A stretch of DNA of 64,000 nt, taken from positions 3,224,001 to 3,288,000 of the forward strand of contig NC_079239.1 in the NCBI RefSeq assembly GCF_027921745.1, read 5' to 3'. Source of the stretch: Schizosaccharomyces osmophilus (lineage: Eukaryota). Under the pieces are notes generated by a model that was not told where the DNA came from, made no database searches, and was given only the letters and a program-made list of their open reading frames with translations. The position numbers and the translations under genes are program-made. Numbering within the stretch: position 1 is the stretch's first letter; every line of letters starts with the position of its first letter. Below are positions 22,042-33,466 of this stretch, piece by piece.

Positions 22042-22833
22042 ATTCACGGTTGGCGGTTTTAAAACAAAAAATAATGATTTCTACCCATGGTGTCCCGTCC
22101 GTTCTCTTACATTTAAATTCATCTTTGATCATTTACCTCAACGCTTTAGGTGTCCGTGTGTAAAGGAAGGACTTAATTATGCACATTTTTGATTTTTCTT
22201 TTTTTTTTTTTTAATGTTTTCTACATGTATAGTTTGAGTTTAATATAATGATTGTATCCTCAGAGTTTCGTTTTTGGTGTTTAGATGGGTGAATATATGT
22301 AACCTTCATTCTCTAGTGTATTTTATTTAGTACTTTGTAGACAAGATAGAAATTGGAATAGTAACTTGAAACTAGTATAATAAAGCATAACAATAATACA
22401 AGTTTAGATGTTGCTATACCGAAGGGCCTTTTAAAGACCCTTTACGGCGTATATATTTAGAATATGAATTTACAAAGAAAATCAAACGCTAGCAACTATA
22501 TAATATACCTTTTGAAGCTATAGCTATAATAAAAACAGGGAATTGATCAATGAATAAATTATGAAACCTTCAAGTTACATTCGTTAAAAGTATCAATGCT
22601 TACCTAGTAAGGTTGGCGGGAGAAAATCGCAAAAATAAGAAGAAATTAATCTTTTCAAACACGTTCACATAAAAACAAATAAGGTGAATTATTCATCTTT
22701 GGTGTCGAATAGGTAAATGAACACCACTGGGCTGCTTTGCCATCTAAGGTGTCTTCATGTTTCATGTAGAGGTTTTACTAGCATGAAATGCAGTAGAATT
22801 GCAGATAAAGTATATGGAGCCGTTATGTTTCCA

Positions 22834-25800
22834 CTATCCTTTATTAATACGATTCATCAATTGACTCCATTTTTGCAATGCCATCATATGCTCTCCATCC
22901 ATTGTAGCTAAATTGACTTTTGTTTCAGCAAGTCTTTTTTCCTTTTTGAAAAGTTCATCCTCAAATACTTGACCTTCTGACATAATTTTAAGATTTTCAG
23001 CGATTATGGCTTCCATTTCACCTTGGAAAGACCCTTCCACTTTGGACTTGATTTTTGAAAGCTGACTATGTAACGAGGAAATCTTTGACTCCATCTCACT
23101 TTGCTCTTCTGCTTGTCGCTTTAAAACCAACTTTTCTTCAACTAGCATACCATTCATATTCTCGTGCTCAGCATGTAATTTAGACATAGTTTCATTCAAC
23201 GTCGAAAAGTGATCATTCAATGATTTGTTAGTGTTCTTTGCATTTTCCAATTGCACATCGACTTCTTTCTGAGCCTTCAGCCACGTATCATACTCATTAC
23301 CATAAGTGTCTATAGCTGACTTTGAGGTTTGGAAAGTAAAAGCAAACTGTAACACTTTGTTGCTATCGTATTGGCCAGTCTCGTCCCCCAACATAAAAGA
23401 AGAAAATATATCGTCCTTCAGATATGTTATAAGTTCATCATTATTTAACAGCAAAAGGCTTTTTTCACTATTCTTTAACAACCCTAGACCAATGTTCAGT
23501 AAAATAGTAGAACCGTAAAAAAGTAATATATTGTAAATTTTGGCGACAACATTTAGAGGAAACTTATACGCAAACAAAGTAAGAAACCATTCAGAAGCAT
23601 AAGAACAAGTCTCAATCTCGTTTTTCTTTAAGTGTACAGCCAATGCGGGCATGAAATCTTCCACCAATCGAGTAAACTGATGCATGATACGACCCAGACC
23701 TTTCAACTCAGGAGAAAAAATGCTTTGTAAATGGTATTCCTTAAACAGTAGAACGAGCACTGAAAAGGCCTGTGGAGGAGGCAAATACATTAAAAGAGAG
23801 CCAGCAATCCAGGACATTCCTTGTGTATAACCGACTTCAGGGACAGCATTCGCAAGAGATCTCAAAACTCGGTGCAAATTTGCAATAGAATCAGCAACGG
23901 TATCGGGAGATTCTTGGCCACGGTTTGAAAAAAATCGTTTCAAGGTTTGAGGAGGAAATGTTCTATCCAAATCTTTGCATATAGCTTTATCAGACTCACA
24001 GCTCTTCTTTTCTAAATCAAAATACTCACGCTCATTATCAAAAGAGCACCAAGCAGAGATGGACTTCCATAAGACTGTATGTGCTCCCTGAATTTCATGA
24101 CTGAAAATCAAACGTTGGATCTTTTCCGACTTTTCCCTTAACACTTCTAGCGGATTTTCAATAAATTCAAGCAGAAGATTGTACACATCTGAAGGAATTA
24201 TGTCATGTTCACTTTCTAAGAAGCCTATGATCTTCTTTTTTCTGTTTTCATCGATAGAAGAAGCATTCTTCTCAAGGATTTCTTCCAAAAAGAATGTAGC
24301 AACTAAAGAATTCTCCGGACTCAAATCACTACGTTTTGAATTGAACCAAGAAATCGCAGAAGACACCGGGGAAGTTGCTCGGGAATAAAACGAATCACGT
24401 CTACCATGAGAAAGCTCTGTTTTTGGTCCCAAAGCATCGCCATTGCTGTCAGATTTTTCATTATTTATACTTTTAGGAGACCTTAATGTAGTATAAAGTT
24501 CCTGTTTTGAAAACCTACCATTCAAATTTGCAGTATCAGAAGCAGGATCAAGTACAAAGCTAGGTAATTCATCTTCGGTGTAATCCTTAAAAACATCTTT
24601 GGTCGGTTGCGGACTGCTGATATTAACATTTGTATTTGCTGGAAAACTCATAGATTCCTGGTTCTCAACGACATGTTCCGAAGGCTCTATTCGTGAAGCT
24701 GAATTTACGAAAAGGGTAGATGATGTAACTTGAGGCCTGGCATCTTCAGTTTCAAGAGACTCTAATGCCGGTGTATCCGGTTCCTTTGAAGCAATATACA
24801 AGTCCTTCATTCTTGCTTCCATCTCACGACTTTCAGCGCTCTCCATTTGTTGCTTTTCCCGAAGAAGATCACCGTTCAATTCTATTTTCGCTTCTTCAGC
24901 GAAAGATTTTTGCGATTCAATTGAGGATTTTCTTGAAGATTCCTCTGGATATTCAGAAGAGTTCTTTTCATGAAAAGCACTATCGCCATTGACTTCATTA
25001 TTTTGAGGACTAGCAATTTGCGGATCATAAGAAAATGCATTGACAGCGGATTTAGAAGAAGACGCTGAAGACGTTAATCCTTTCTCTGGTTCATCATATT
25101 TCTCAGCAATGGAGGAGCTTTCATCTTTCATTTTAGTCTCATTACCTTTTGTTATTTCAAACGATAGTTTTGCTTCATGTTCATTGGGATCCTCTTCATT
25201 CGCTTCTTCCTGTTTTTCTGTAGTAGTGGGCATGTCATGATAGAGTTTGAATGCATCATGGTCAGCAACGTTCTGTTCTTCTTTCTGTTCAATTGTTTCA
25301 TCTTCTCCGTGTTCAAACTTAAAGCCGTTTTCTAATATTGGTTGATCCACGCCGTCTTCCTTAGTGGTAACTTTATCCTGTCTTGAATCAGAAGCGTTCT
25401 CGTCTTCTAATCCATTCAACTCTTTTGAATCCACTTCCCTTGTATCATCTTCTTTCATGTCTTCTCCTGTCGGTTCATCTAAAGTTTCATTCTCAGCAGC
25501 CTTCAAACCTTCGTCTGCTGAAGCTTCTGATATATTATCAAATTCATCGTATACATCATCAGAAAATTCATCGTAAGAGTCTTGAGCAGTCATTTCTAGT
25601 ACATTATTGGTATCAAAGAATGAATGATTTCCACCTTTATACGAATCGCCGTTTGGTACCGAATCATCATGGGAATCATTTGTGAGACCTTTCACTTCAT
25701 CATTAAATTCATCTGCTTTCACCGTATTTTCATCAGGTTTCTCATTGACCATGCTTTGTCGTTTGTTGTGAAGATGGATGTCTGCTTGTTGCCTTTGGTT

Positions 25801-25869
25801 GTCACCATCATTATAAACAAAACGAAACTTTTTATTAGAAGCATCAAATACAATCATTTGTGTACTCAT
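22834..25869 (-). CDS. gyp51: Rab GTPase-activating protein (TBC domain) Gyp51
   Basis: ICKDLDRTF, GYTQGMSWI and YASEWFLTLF TBC motifs; acidic N-terminus and C-terminal coiled coil. Confidence 0.88.
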   Translation of the reverse strand: MSTQMIVFDASNKKFRFVYNDGDNQRQQADIHLHNKRQSMVNEKPDENTVKADEFNDEVKGLTNDSHDDSVPNGDSYKGGNHSFFDTNNVLEMTAQDSYDEFSDDVYDEFDNISEASADEGLKAAENETLDEPTGEDMKEDDTREVDSKELNGLEDENASDSRQDKVTTKEDGVDQPILENGFKFEHGEDETIEQKEEQNVADHDAFKLYHDMPTTTEKQEEANEEDPNEHEAKLSFEITKGNETKMKDESSSIAEKYDEPEKGLTSSASSSKSAVNAFSYDPQIASPQNNEVNGDSAFHEKNSSEYPEESSRKSSIESQKSFAEEAKIELNGDLLREKQQMESAESREMEARMKDLYIASKEPDTPALESLETEDARPQVTSSTLFVNSASRIEPSEHVVENQESMSFPANTNVNISSPQPTKDVFKDYTEDELPSFVLDPASDTANLNGRFSKQELYTTLRSPKSINNEKSDSNGDALGPKTELSHGRRDSFYSRATSPVSSAISWFNSKRSDLSPENSLVATFFLEEILEKNASSIDENRKKKIIGFLESEHDIIPSDVYNLLLEFIENPLEVLREKSEKIQRLIFSHEIQGAHTVLWKSISAWCSFDNEREYFDLEKKSCESDKAICKDLDRTFPPQTLKRFFSNRGQESPDTVADSIANLHRVLRSLANAVPEVGYTQGMSWIAGSLLMYLPPPQAFSVLVLLFKEYHLQSIFSPELKGLGRIMHQFTRLVEDFMPALAVHLKKNEIETCSYASEWFLTLFAYKFPLNVVAKIYNILLFYGSTILLNIGLGLLKNSEKSLLLLNNDELITYLKDDIFSSFMLGDETGQYDSNKVLQFAFTFQTSKSAIDTYGNEYDTWLKAQKEVDVQLENAKNTNKSLNDHFSTLNETMSKLHAEHENMNGMLVEEKLVLKRQAEEQSEMESKISSLHSQLSKIKSKVEGSFQGEMEAIIAENLKIMSEGQVFEDELFKKEKRLAETKVNLATMDGEHMMALQKWSQLMNRINKG

Positions 25870-26341
25870 TGTTTTTTGAACTATCTTACTTAATCATAAT
25901 ATTATATTTAGACAAATTGAAACTATTTTGCACTTGTTTGAAAGCCCAATGCCGCTTCAATGTGTTTTGTTTACATTGGAATACGACGATATCATACAAA
26001 TACATAACCACTACTCAAGAACACTTTTTCAAAAAGCAACTCTTTAGTATTCATCATCATATAGGTTATATCTGAATATTAAGATTTCTGTATATATTAC
26101 AGAGAAAAATTTGGTAGTTTTTTTCGCTGTATGTACTGAATTCTCAATTCATGCATTGATCATAAAACTGACATTGTTTAAGGCATAATAAGCATGCTCT
26201 AAGCTGTAAGAACCCTCTTTCTCATCTTTTTATTGTCTACTTTCCGTACCTCACAGATCGCATTAATAATTGACGGGAAAACCTTTTCGTCGAATTTTCC
26301 TACTGTTCATTTCTTGTTTTTATGGGCTGTTGTAGAAATCC

Positions 26342-29260
26342 ATGGGAATATTAAGCGCAGTAAACTTGAACTTGCACCGAATTCAGTTCTTTAATTCGCA
26401 ACGATGGAAATCAATTGCTCAAACACTTTATCTTCTGTTAAAACCAGTGGCTGCTCTGTTTATATGTCAATGTTTGGTCCTTATTCGACCGTTGAGCAGG
26501 AAACTTGGTAATTACCCATTTCTCATTATCACCATACAGACATTGTTTTATCCCATTCAAGCCACTGTAGGTGGCCAAATAGAAATAATTTATGAATCCC
26601 TGTTAGGGACCATTATTGGTTTAGGTTGGGCTGTTGGTTCAAAGTTTTTGGCAGTCATTGCAAATCGTAATGGCTATTCGGGTGCAGCCGTTTTGGCAAT
26701 TTTTCTTACCGTAGGTTCTTTCATATCAGGCTATATTCGTAGCCGATATGGGTATCGAAGCATGTGCATTATGTGGATTTTTATAGATTGTTTTCTAATG
26801 ACGATCGATCCCCGCGGAAAGACTGTTCCTTCTTCCTTTTATACTAGTCTTGTTTACCCATCACTAATAGCAGCAGGTGTGGTGTTTTTGGTTTCATTAT
26901 TTATTCCTCCAACTAGAATGGCATCAGATTTGGTGGGAAATTCCGCGCTTTCTTATTTAGATGAATTAATGAATTGTTTGAATGGATGTCTTCAGGGATT
27001 TTTCCCTTCAGTCGATACATCCTCCAGTTCGTATTCCTCGTCAGAAGAGTATCGCCTTACTAATTATCGTACTGTTCTCCGAGACCGTCTCAAGAAGTTT
27101 AGCTCGGATCTTCGAAATTCTCAATTTGAGCTGAACTTTTCTTTCATCCCTATAGGTGTTCTTAAAGACATAGAAAGCGTACTACACCGTACGTCTCTTG
27201 CTATGTCTGCAAATGTCGCGGCGTGTGTATCTTTGTACAGAGCATTCAACTTTAGTCATTACCACAATCATGCTGAAAGCAAGGTTTCAGAATCAAGCTC
27301 TTATTCTTTGAGGGATTCTTTCAATGGAATAGACTCCGATTTGTTTACGCCGCATTTTCGCTTACGAGGTAATCCTACTCTTCATTCGAGTCCTAGACCA
27401 CAACCAAGTAAAGATGTTTTCAAAATATATCTAGACTACTTTTCACAAAATGTGAATGATATTTCTAATCGACTCATGGCTTCTTTGCAAACATCCCGCA
27501 GCGTTTTGCTATGGTTGATTTCATCATCACCAGAGGTTCCAGACGAACAAATTTTGGAAAATATTTCCTCTTTAAGTGAAGAGAACATAAAAGAAAATGA
27601 GACTATAAGAAATGCTATCAAAATGGCATTTGAACTTAGTCGAAATAATCGAACTTTTACTGGCTTATACATGTTTGCTGCTGATGAAGATGTGTTTTCA
27701 ATTTCGTATTACATTTTTAACCTTTTTGAGGTTGCGAAAGAGATAAGAAATCTTTTAATTAAGCTATTGTTTTTGAAAAAATTTCGCACAAAACGACGGA
27801 AGTTCTACTTCCATACATTCAGCATACTCAAGGAAAGGGGAAGAGATCATGATGAACTTCACGTTCTCTCAACTCCTTTTGCCTCTCATGATATCCCAGA
27901 TAGCGGAAATTCCGTTGAAGAATTAGTAGCTCGTGGTGAAGAACATAATTGGGAGGATAATAGTAAAAACACGGAAAGTCTGAGTTTTAGTGGAAAAGTC
28001 AGGAAGAGATTGCCAAGGTTCCGTAGCCGATTATGGAAAGTGAGCCATTGGCTTATACAGTCGAAAGACGTGAAGTATGGTTTGAAGATGGCTGCTGGAA
28101 TTAGTTTGCTGAGTATAGTGGCCTTTCAGAAGTCTACGGCTCATGATTATGGAGAATGGAACGGACAATGGGCCCTGATTTCTACGTTGTTTGTGTTAGA
28201 GGTTACTGTTTCTGCTACTTTACGCGTTGGGTTCTTTCGAGCTTTGGGAACTTTATCTGGTGCTGTTTATGCATACGTGGCATGGGAAATTAGTCGTGGT
28301 TGGAGTTATGTTATTGCTTCCCTTACGTTTTTGGTATCCTGGCTGTCTTGCTATATCATGTTTCGTACCAGTTATGCTGGCGTTGCTACGGTTTTTAATA
28401 TCACATTTCCACCCATTTTGTATGGGGCTTACTTGGGGAATAAGAGTTCTTCTTTTCATTTGGCTGTATTCCGTTTCCTGGATGTGATCGTTGGTATCGG
28501 CATGGCTATTGTCGTAAATATTGTGGTCTTTCCATATCTTGCTCGACGTGTTCTCACCAAAGAAATTGGAAAGGCTTGTCAATTAAATTTACAGTTGTAC
28601 AATACAATGTCAGAATATATGCTGAGCTCGACACATCATGCGAGCACAAGTTTGTGCGATGATATGGAAAACCAAATTGTATTCCATTTGCTAAAGGCAG
28701 GTGATCTTTTATTACTTACCAACATGGAATTCCGACTAAAGGGACCTTTTCCAGGAAAGCTATTCCAGCAACTTATCGACAAGCTAGGTATTATGACCGG
28801 ACGGCTGGTGATATTGAATAAGGTAAGAGCACGCTTTGGGCCTTATCTTTACCAAGAAGTAGTGGAAAATGTTATTCGATATCGAAAAAGCTTGATTGCT
28901 TCGATATCGCTAACATTGTATATTTTATCTCATAGTATAATGGTGAAATCGCCGGTGCCGTATTTCTTACCATCTTCGCGGAACGCTCATTGGAATTTGA
29001 GGCAAGCCATTATGAAAGATATTCAGATTAAAACTGGCTTTAGCAGCGATAATCCAGACGACACATACGTTTCTGACGAATCCAGCCCGACTGCATTGTC
29101 GGCGGCTTTATGGCTCCATGGCAATGAAGGGGTGTTGTACTACTATGCTGAATGCCAAGTGATTGAGGAAATCGTCAATGACTTGGAAGATTTGTTAATG
29201 TTGGTAAAGCGAATTAACGGGGAAGAAAAGAAGCCCAAACTTTGGAACGAAAAATTGTAA
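26342..29260 (+). CDS. Multi-pass membrane protein of the FUSC/ArAE/ALMT-like (Bre4-like) family
   Basis: 972 aa with two transmembrane clusters; YGLKMA...GQWALIS...RALGTLSGA and E-RLKGPFP motifs. Confidence 0.75.
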   Translation: MGILSAVNLNLHRIQFFNSQRWKSIAQTLYLLLKPVAALFICQCLVLIRPLSRKLGNYPFLIITIQTLFYPIQATVGGQIEIIYESLLGTIIGLGWAVGSKFLAVIANRNGYSGAAVLAIFLTVGSFISGYIRSRYGYRSMCIMWIFIDCFLMTIDPRGKTVPSSFYTSLVYPSLIAAGVVFLVSLFIPPTRMASDLVGNSALSYLDELMNCLNGCLQGFFPSVDTSSSSYSSSEEYRLTNYRTVLRDRLKKFSSDLRNSQFELNFSFIPIGVLKDIESVLHRTSLAMSANVAACVSLYRAFNFSHYHNHAESKVSESSSYSLRDSFNGIDSDLFTPHFRLRGNPTLHSSPRPQPSKDVFKIYLDYFSQNVNDISNRLMASLQTSRSVLLWLISSSPEVPDEQILENISSLSEENIKENETIRNAIKMAFELSRNNRTFTGLYMFAADEDVFSISYYIFNLFEVAKEIRNLLIKLLFLKKFRTKRRKFYFHTFSILKERGRDHDELHVLSTPFASHDIPDSGNSVEELVARGEEHNWEDNSKNTESLSFSGKVRKRLPRFRSRLWKVSHWLIQSKDVKYGLKMAAGISLLSIVAFQKSTAHDYGEWNGQWALISTLFVLEVTVSATLRVGFFRALGTLSGAVYAYVAWEISRGWSYVIASLTFLVSWLSCYIMFRTSYAGVATVFNITFPPILYGAYLGNKSSSFHLAVFRFLDVIVGIGMAIVVNIVVFPYLARRVLTKEIGKACQLNLQLYNTMSEYMLSSTHHASTSLCDDMENQIVFHLLKAGDLLLLTNMEFRLKGPFPGKLFQQLIDKLGIMTGRLVILNKVRARFGPYLYQEVVENVIRYRKSLIASISLTLYILSHSIMVKSPVPYFLPSSRNAHWNLRQAIMKDIQIKTGFSSDNPDDTYVSDESSPTALSAALWLHGNEGVLYYYAECQVIEEIVNDLEDLLMLVKRINGEEKKPKLWNEKL

Positions 29261-29771
29261 TTGTAGGTATTTTTACTTAGAGCGTTTTTTTTTTTTTTTT
29301 TTTTTTTCTGGCTAGGGTAAAAAACACGGTATTTCACGTTTAGTTTTTGTTGGATATTTAAGTGTACAGTATGGGAATTAATAAACGGGATTCAAAAAAT
29401 AAGAAGAATATATGTTTTGCTAAGTACTTAAAAAAAAGTAAAAGAAACTAAAAACGAAATACACGGGGTAAAGAATCAAGGACCATGCTACATTGCATAT
29501 CTTTTCTAAGCTCGCGATACAACAAAGGAACAGAGATTCATAACTCGAAATGAAGCACTTTAATCCCCATTTTTGTTACGCTCTTCAACGAAGGCATTGG
29601 ATTGCCTATTAGCACCCGGCTTTTGAAGATGTCTTTTTACTTTGCAACAAACTATCCAACACTACATTTCCTTGCAATAGGACGTTCACGAGAAACGAGT
29701 TCTATATAACAAAAGAGAAAGCATCAAAATCATTAATTTTCGACTAATTCATAACATGTCATCTAGTTGAA

Positions 29772-30728
29772 TTAAATATTACCGTCCTGCAAACCAGTGA
29801 AAACCTTGGTTCCAGGGAAACTTTGGTTGAAACGCTTACGGATATCAATAGAGTTAATCTCCTTCATCTCATCAGAGGAGAGAGGGACGAATTGGAAATT
29901 GTTTTTAATGCGGTTCACGTTGACAGACTTGGGAATGACAGAGGTACCACGATGAATGGCCCACGAGACAGCAACGTTGGCACCGCTGGTACCGGTAGCC
30001 TTGGAAGCAGCGACATCCTTAATGTTCTTGTGGTCAATAAGCTTAGGGATCTCGGTTCCATAGATGGCGTTTTGGTTACCAAAAGGAGAGTAAGCAGTAA
30101 CATGGATACCGAGCTTCTTGTGCTTTTCGACAAAGTCAGTTTGAGGCAAGAAAGGGTGAAGTTCCATTTGGTGAATGGAAGGCTTAATACTGGCAACCTT
30201 CAAAACACGATCCAAGTTTTCCTCGTTGAAGTTGGAGATACCGATATGTCTTACCTTACCGGATGCAACCAACTTCTCCATAGCCTTCCAGGTGTCTTCG
30301 ATAGTAACATTTTCGAAAATAATGTTGTCACCATTCTTGGGGAACTTTTCAGTACCAGTCTTGAAAGCAACGGGCCAGTGGATAAGGTAGGCATCAAGGT
30401 AGTCGAGTTTCAACTCCTTCAAGCTATTTTCCAAAGCAACAGGGACGGCTTCAGGGGTGTGGGCGTTGCACCACAACTTGGAAGTGACCCAAATGTCCTT
30501 ACGAGGGACACCACTGTCTTTGATGCCATCACCGACTTCATTTTCGTTGCCGTAGATGTGAGCAGCATCGATGTGACGGTAGCCGTATTGCAAAGCAGTT
30601 TTGACGGCTTCTCTGGTTTGGTTGGGCTCCGACTGCCATGTACCCAAACCGAGAGCGGGAATCTTGTCACCGTTTTGGAGAGTAAAGGTGGCCTCCTTGG
30701 CGTTCTTGGTGTATTCTTCGACGGACAT
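29772..30728 (-). CDS. NADPH-dependent aldo-keto reductase
   Basis: GLGTW, GYRHIDAAHIYGNE, TSKLW, LIHWP, IGISNF and IPKS motifs. Confidence 0.95.
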   Translation of the reverse strand: MSVEEYTKNAKEATFTLQNGDKIPALGLGTWQSEPNQTREAVKTALQYGYRHIDAAHIYGNENEVGDGIKDSGVPRKDIWVTSKLWCNAHTPEAVPVALENSLKELKLDYLDAYLIHWPVAFKTGTEKFPKNGDNIIFENVTIEDTWKAMEKLVASGKVRHIGISNFNEENLDRVLKVASIKPSIHQMELHPFLPQTDFVEKHKKLGIHVTAYSPFGNQNAIYGTEIPKLIDHKNIKDVAASKATGTSGANVAVSWAIHRGTSVIPKSVNVNRIKNNFQFVPLSSDEMKEINSIDIRKRFNQSFPGTKVFTGLQDGNI

Positions 30729-31051
30729 TTTCTATAAAGCAAATAAGTCAAACAAAGGTTCAAAATTCTATGACTCTCTTTGATTTCGTATTTTGCTGTG
30801 GTTCAGAGAGTGCCGGTACAGTCTAATATATATGTTTTTTGGGATCGCAATCCAACGCAATTATGACGCCATATCATGTTGGTATGGAGAGACAACCGAA
30901 ACTGAAGGAATTGAAAGGAACTTTTGCAATCATGAGACTGAAAACGAAGGAACGGTACTGAACGTTTCTGGAAAGAGGAATGCTTCGCCTTTGGCTTGCA
31001 AAACAGCTCAGCTAAGCTACTTTCCTTTGTTTCTATTGGTGTCGATGCCGC

Positions 31052-31080
31052 TTTTTTTTTTTTTTTTTTTTTTTTTTTTT
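31052..31080. repeat. Poly(dT) tract in the aldo-keto reductase upstream region
   Basis: Run of about 29 T. Confidence 0.8.
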
Positions 31081-31539
31081 CATTTCTTCTCTCGTTTTTC
31101 TCGGGATTCCCAGCTCTAGTTTCCTTCTCCTTGGGGGTGAGCGACAGAGAATCACTTTTGTTTGAAAAATAGATTGAGAGGGAATAAGAGCGCAACATTG
31201 CTATGGCAGGTCGGAAACTTTTTTCTCTTATTTTATTTATTTCAACAGCAGCGACGACCAACGTTTGACATACCTCGCTTAGAAAACTTTTACTTTTTTG
31301 CTGATTCGCTTCCTATCACCTTAAAAAAAACTTCCTTATAACGAAGGAGTTTTCCATGACCGTAACATCACAACATCATAAGGTAACATTGTAACTTTTC
31401 TCATCGACATACTCTACTTTCTTACATAAATATTTCGAACACTAGTAAAAGTAGAATCTATAGGAAACACAAAACATCATAGGTAATCATTCACAATTAT
31501 TACATTTAATTACTATCAACAAACAAAACGTGACGGCAT

Positions 31540-32175
31540 TTAGTTGTCAATCAATTCCTTAGAGATGTACTTGCCGTTCTTGTCCAAGCGGTAGACAATG
31601 GGGACACCGGTAGCAAGTTCACGCTTGACGATTTCGTCACCGGAAAGACCCTCCAAATCCATAATCAAAGCACGGAGAGAGTTACCGTGGGCGGCAATGA
31701 AAACCTTTTCACCCTTGGTGACATGAGGCAAGACAGTAGACTTGTAGTAAGGCAAGACACGCTCAGCGGTGTTCTTCAAAGATTCACCGTTAGGGGGAGC
31801 GACGTCGTAAGAACGGCGCCAGATGAGAACTTGCTCATCACCCCATTTTTGACGGGCTTCGTCCTTGTTCAAACCTTGGAGGTCACCGTAGAAACGCTCG
31901 TTGAGCTTTTCGTCCTTGATGGTTTCCAAGTTGGATTGACCAACTTCGTTGAGGACAATTTCACAGGTCTTTTGGGCACGTTGGAGAGAAGAAGTGAAAG
32001 CAACGTCGAACTTGAATCCACGGCTCTTCAAGCGTTCACCACCGAGCTTGGCTTCCTTTTGACCAGTTTCGGACAAGGCAGGGTCCTTCCAGCCAGTGAA
32101 CAAGTTCAATTTGTTCCATTCGGATTCACCGTGACGGACGAGGACGAGGACGTTTTCAGCTGCTTCAGAAGACAT
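31540..32175 (-). CDS. gpm1: BPG-dependent phosphoglycerate mutase
   Basis: [21 protein letters not shown] and AAHGNSLR motifs; ATG at 32175. Confidence 0.97.
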   Translation of the reverse strand: MSSEAAENVLVLVRHGESEWNKLNLFTGWKDPALSETGQKEAKLGGERLKSRGFKFDVAFTSSLQRAQKTCEIVLNEVGQSNLETIKDEKLNERFYGDLQGLNKDEARQKWGDEQVLIWRRSYDVAPPNGESLKNTAERVLPYYKSTVLPHVTKGEKVFIAAHGNSLRALIMDLEGLSGDEIVKRELATGVPIVYRLDKNGKYISKELIDN

Positions 32176-33466
32176 ATTGTTATTTACGACCAAAAAATTG
32201 TATGGTTGTAGCTGGAAATTTATCGCCTGGGGTCAGCGCCTTTATATACCAATGCCCATAGAAATCCTCGGAACATTTTTTTTTCGGATTATTTCCTATG
32301 ATGAAAGGGAAGGGCGGGACACTTCGCGATTTCTTCTATTTTACCAACATGGCGTAACCGCCCCGCCGCTAATCTTTCGCAACGGCTCGTTTCCCTCTCG
32401 TGAAAATCAGCGCATCCCCGAAGGAGTTGATCAGATAAAAAAGTTGGAGCATCTAAAAGGCACAACAAACAACAAAGTTTCTTTTCTAGTTTTATTTTCT
32501 TCGAGAAGGTGGAACGGATTTTTCTCTTCTATTTCCCATCTTGCAAGTGCTTTCATCAAGAAAACCCGATTTTCCAAACGTTGTGACCGGAAATTCCTAA
32601 ACGAGCCGACTCGGCTTTGTTTACCTTGTCGATCCTTTTCTTCCGGATCTACGCTGGTTCGCTTTTTTTGATCTCCATCTCCGAGTAGCGTGATTTGCAA
32701 CCCTTGACTCCTTTCCGACATCTTCCATTCGTCGAGGCTCCGCGACTTCCGTCACTTCCAGGTGACATGGGACCAGACGTGGCTTGTTATTGGTTCTAGA
32801 TTTTGCACCACCGAAAAAATGTAAACAAACCGTCGTTCTAGTAAATACACAAGCATTTACAAAGAAGAATTTAAAAGTGAAAAATTCAAATAACAATGTA
32901 CTGTTTGTCCTAAACATCTGGATTCCTTGTTGTTATACTATTTTCCTGTGGAATGCGTTATCCTCTTTAACGAAACATAAACATTTTGCGCTACGCCTTG
33001 TAACGTATTGAACCCATACATCCCACTAGTCCTTTCCCCTACTAAAAGTTCCATCCCACTCGTTACTAAGTGGGATGGAGACAAATAGCCACATGGCAAA
33101 CAAGTGGGGGTTGGGATATCCTGGGAAACCATATTGGAAGCACTTATATAATTATATCACACAAACGAAAAGCTAAAAGAATAAAACTGGATTCGTCATA
33201 TAGGCATTGTTTCTACACACTTATCCAGAGTGTTTTATTTTCCTACTGTACATTCTTGTTGTCTTGTCAGACACAATTTGTTTTTTTATTTTTTTATTTT
33301 TTCTCGTTTATCAGCTTGCTGTTGTTGAACCTTGGATTGGTCAGCATTTTTCAATCATTGAAAGAGGTCTTACATAAGCACACGGTTCCAAAGAATTTTC
33401 GGTAGTGACAGTTTATTTTTCTTGTATCGTTTATAATCTCGGTTTCCCTTCTCGTATCCTTTTAGA

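Noticed and set aside
29823..30737. 304-aa antisense ORF spanning the aldo-keto reductase
   Set aside because: Codon-register mirror of a highly biased gene, with a non-ATG start and no motifs; similar shadows occur over cbf5, tef3, gpm1 and pda1
32177..33405. Overlapping short ORFs between gpm1 and etr1
   Set aside because: Mostly non-ATG starts and no recognisable motifs or splice structure; best read as promoter DNA
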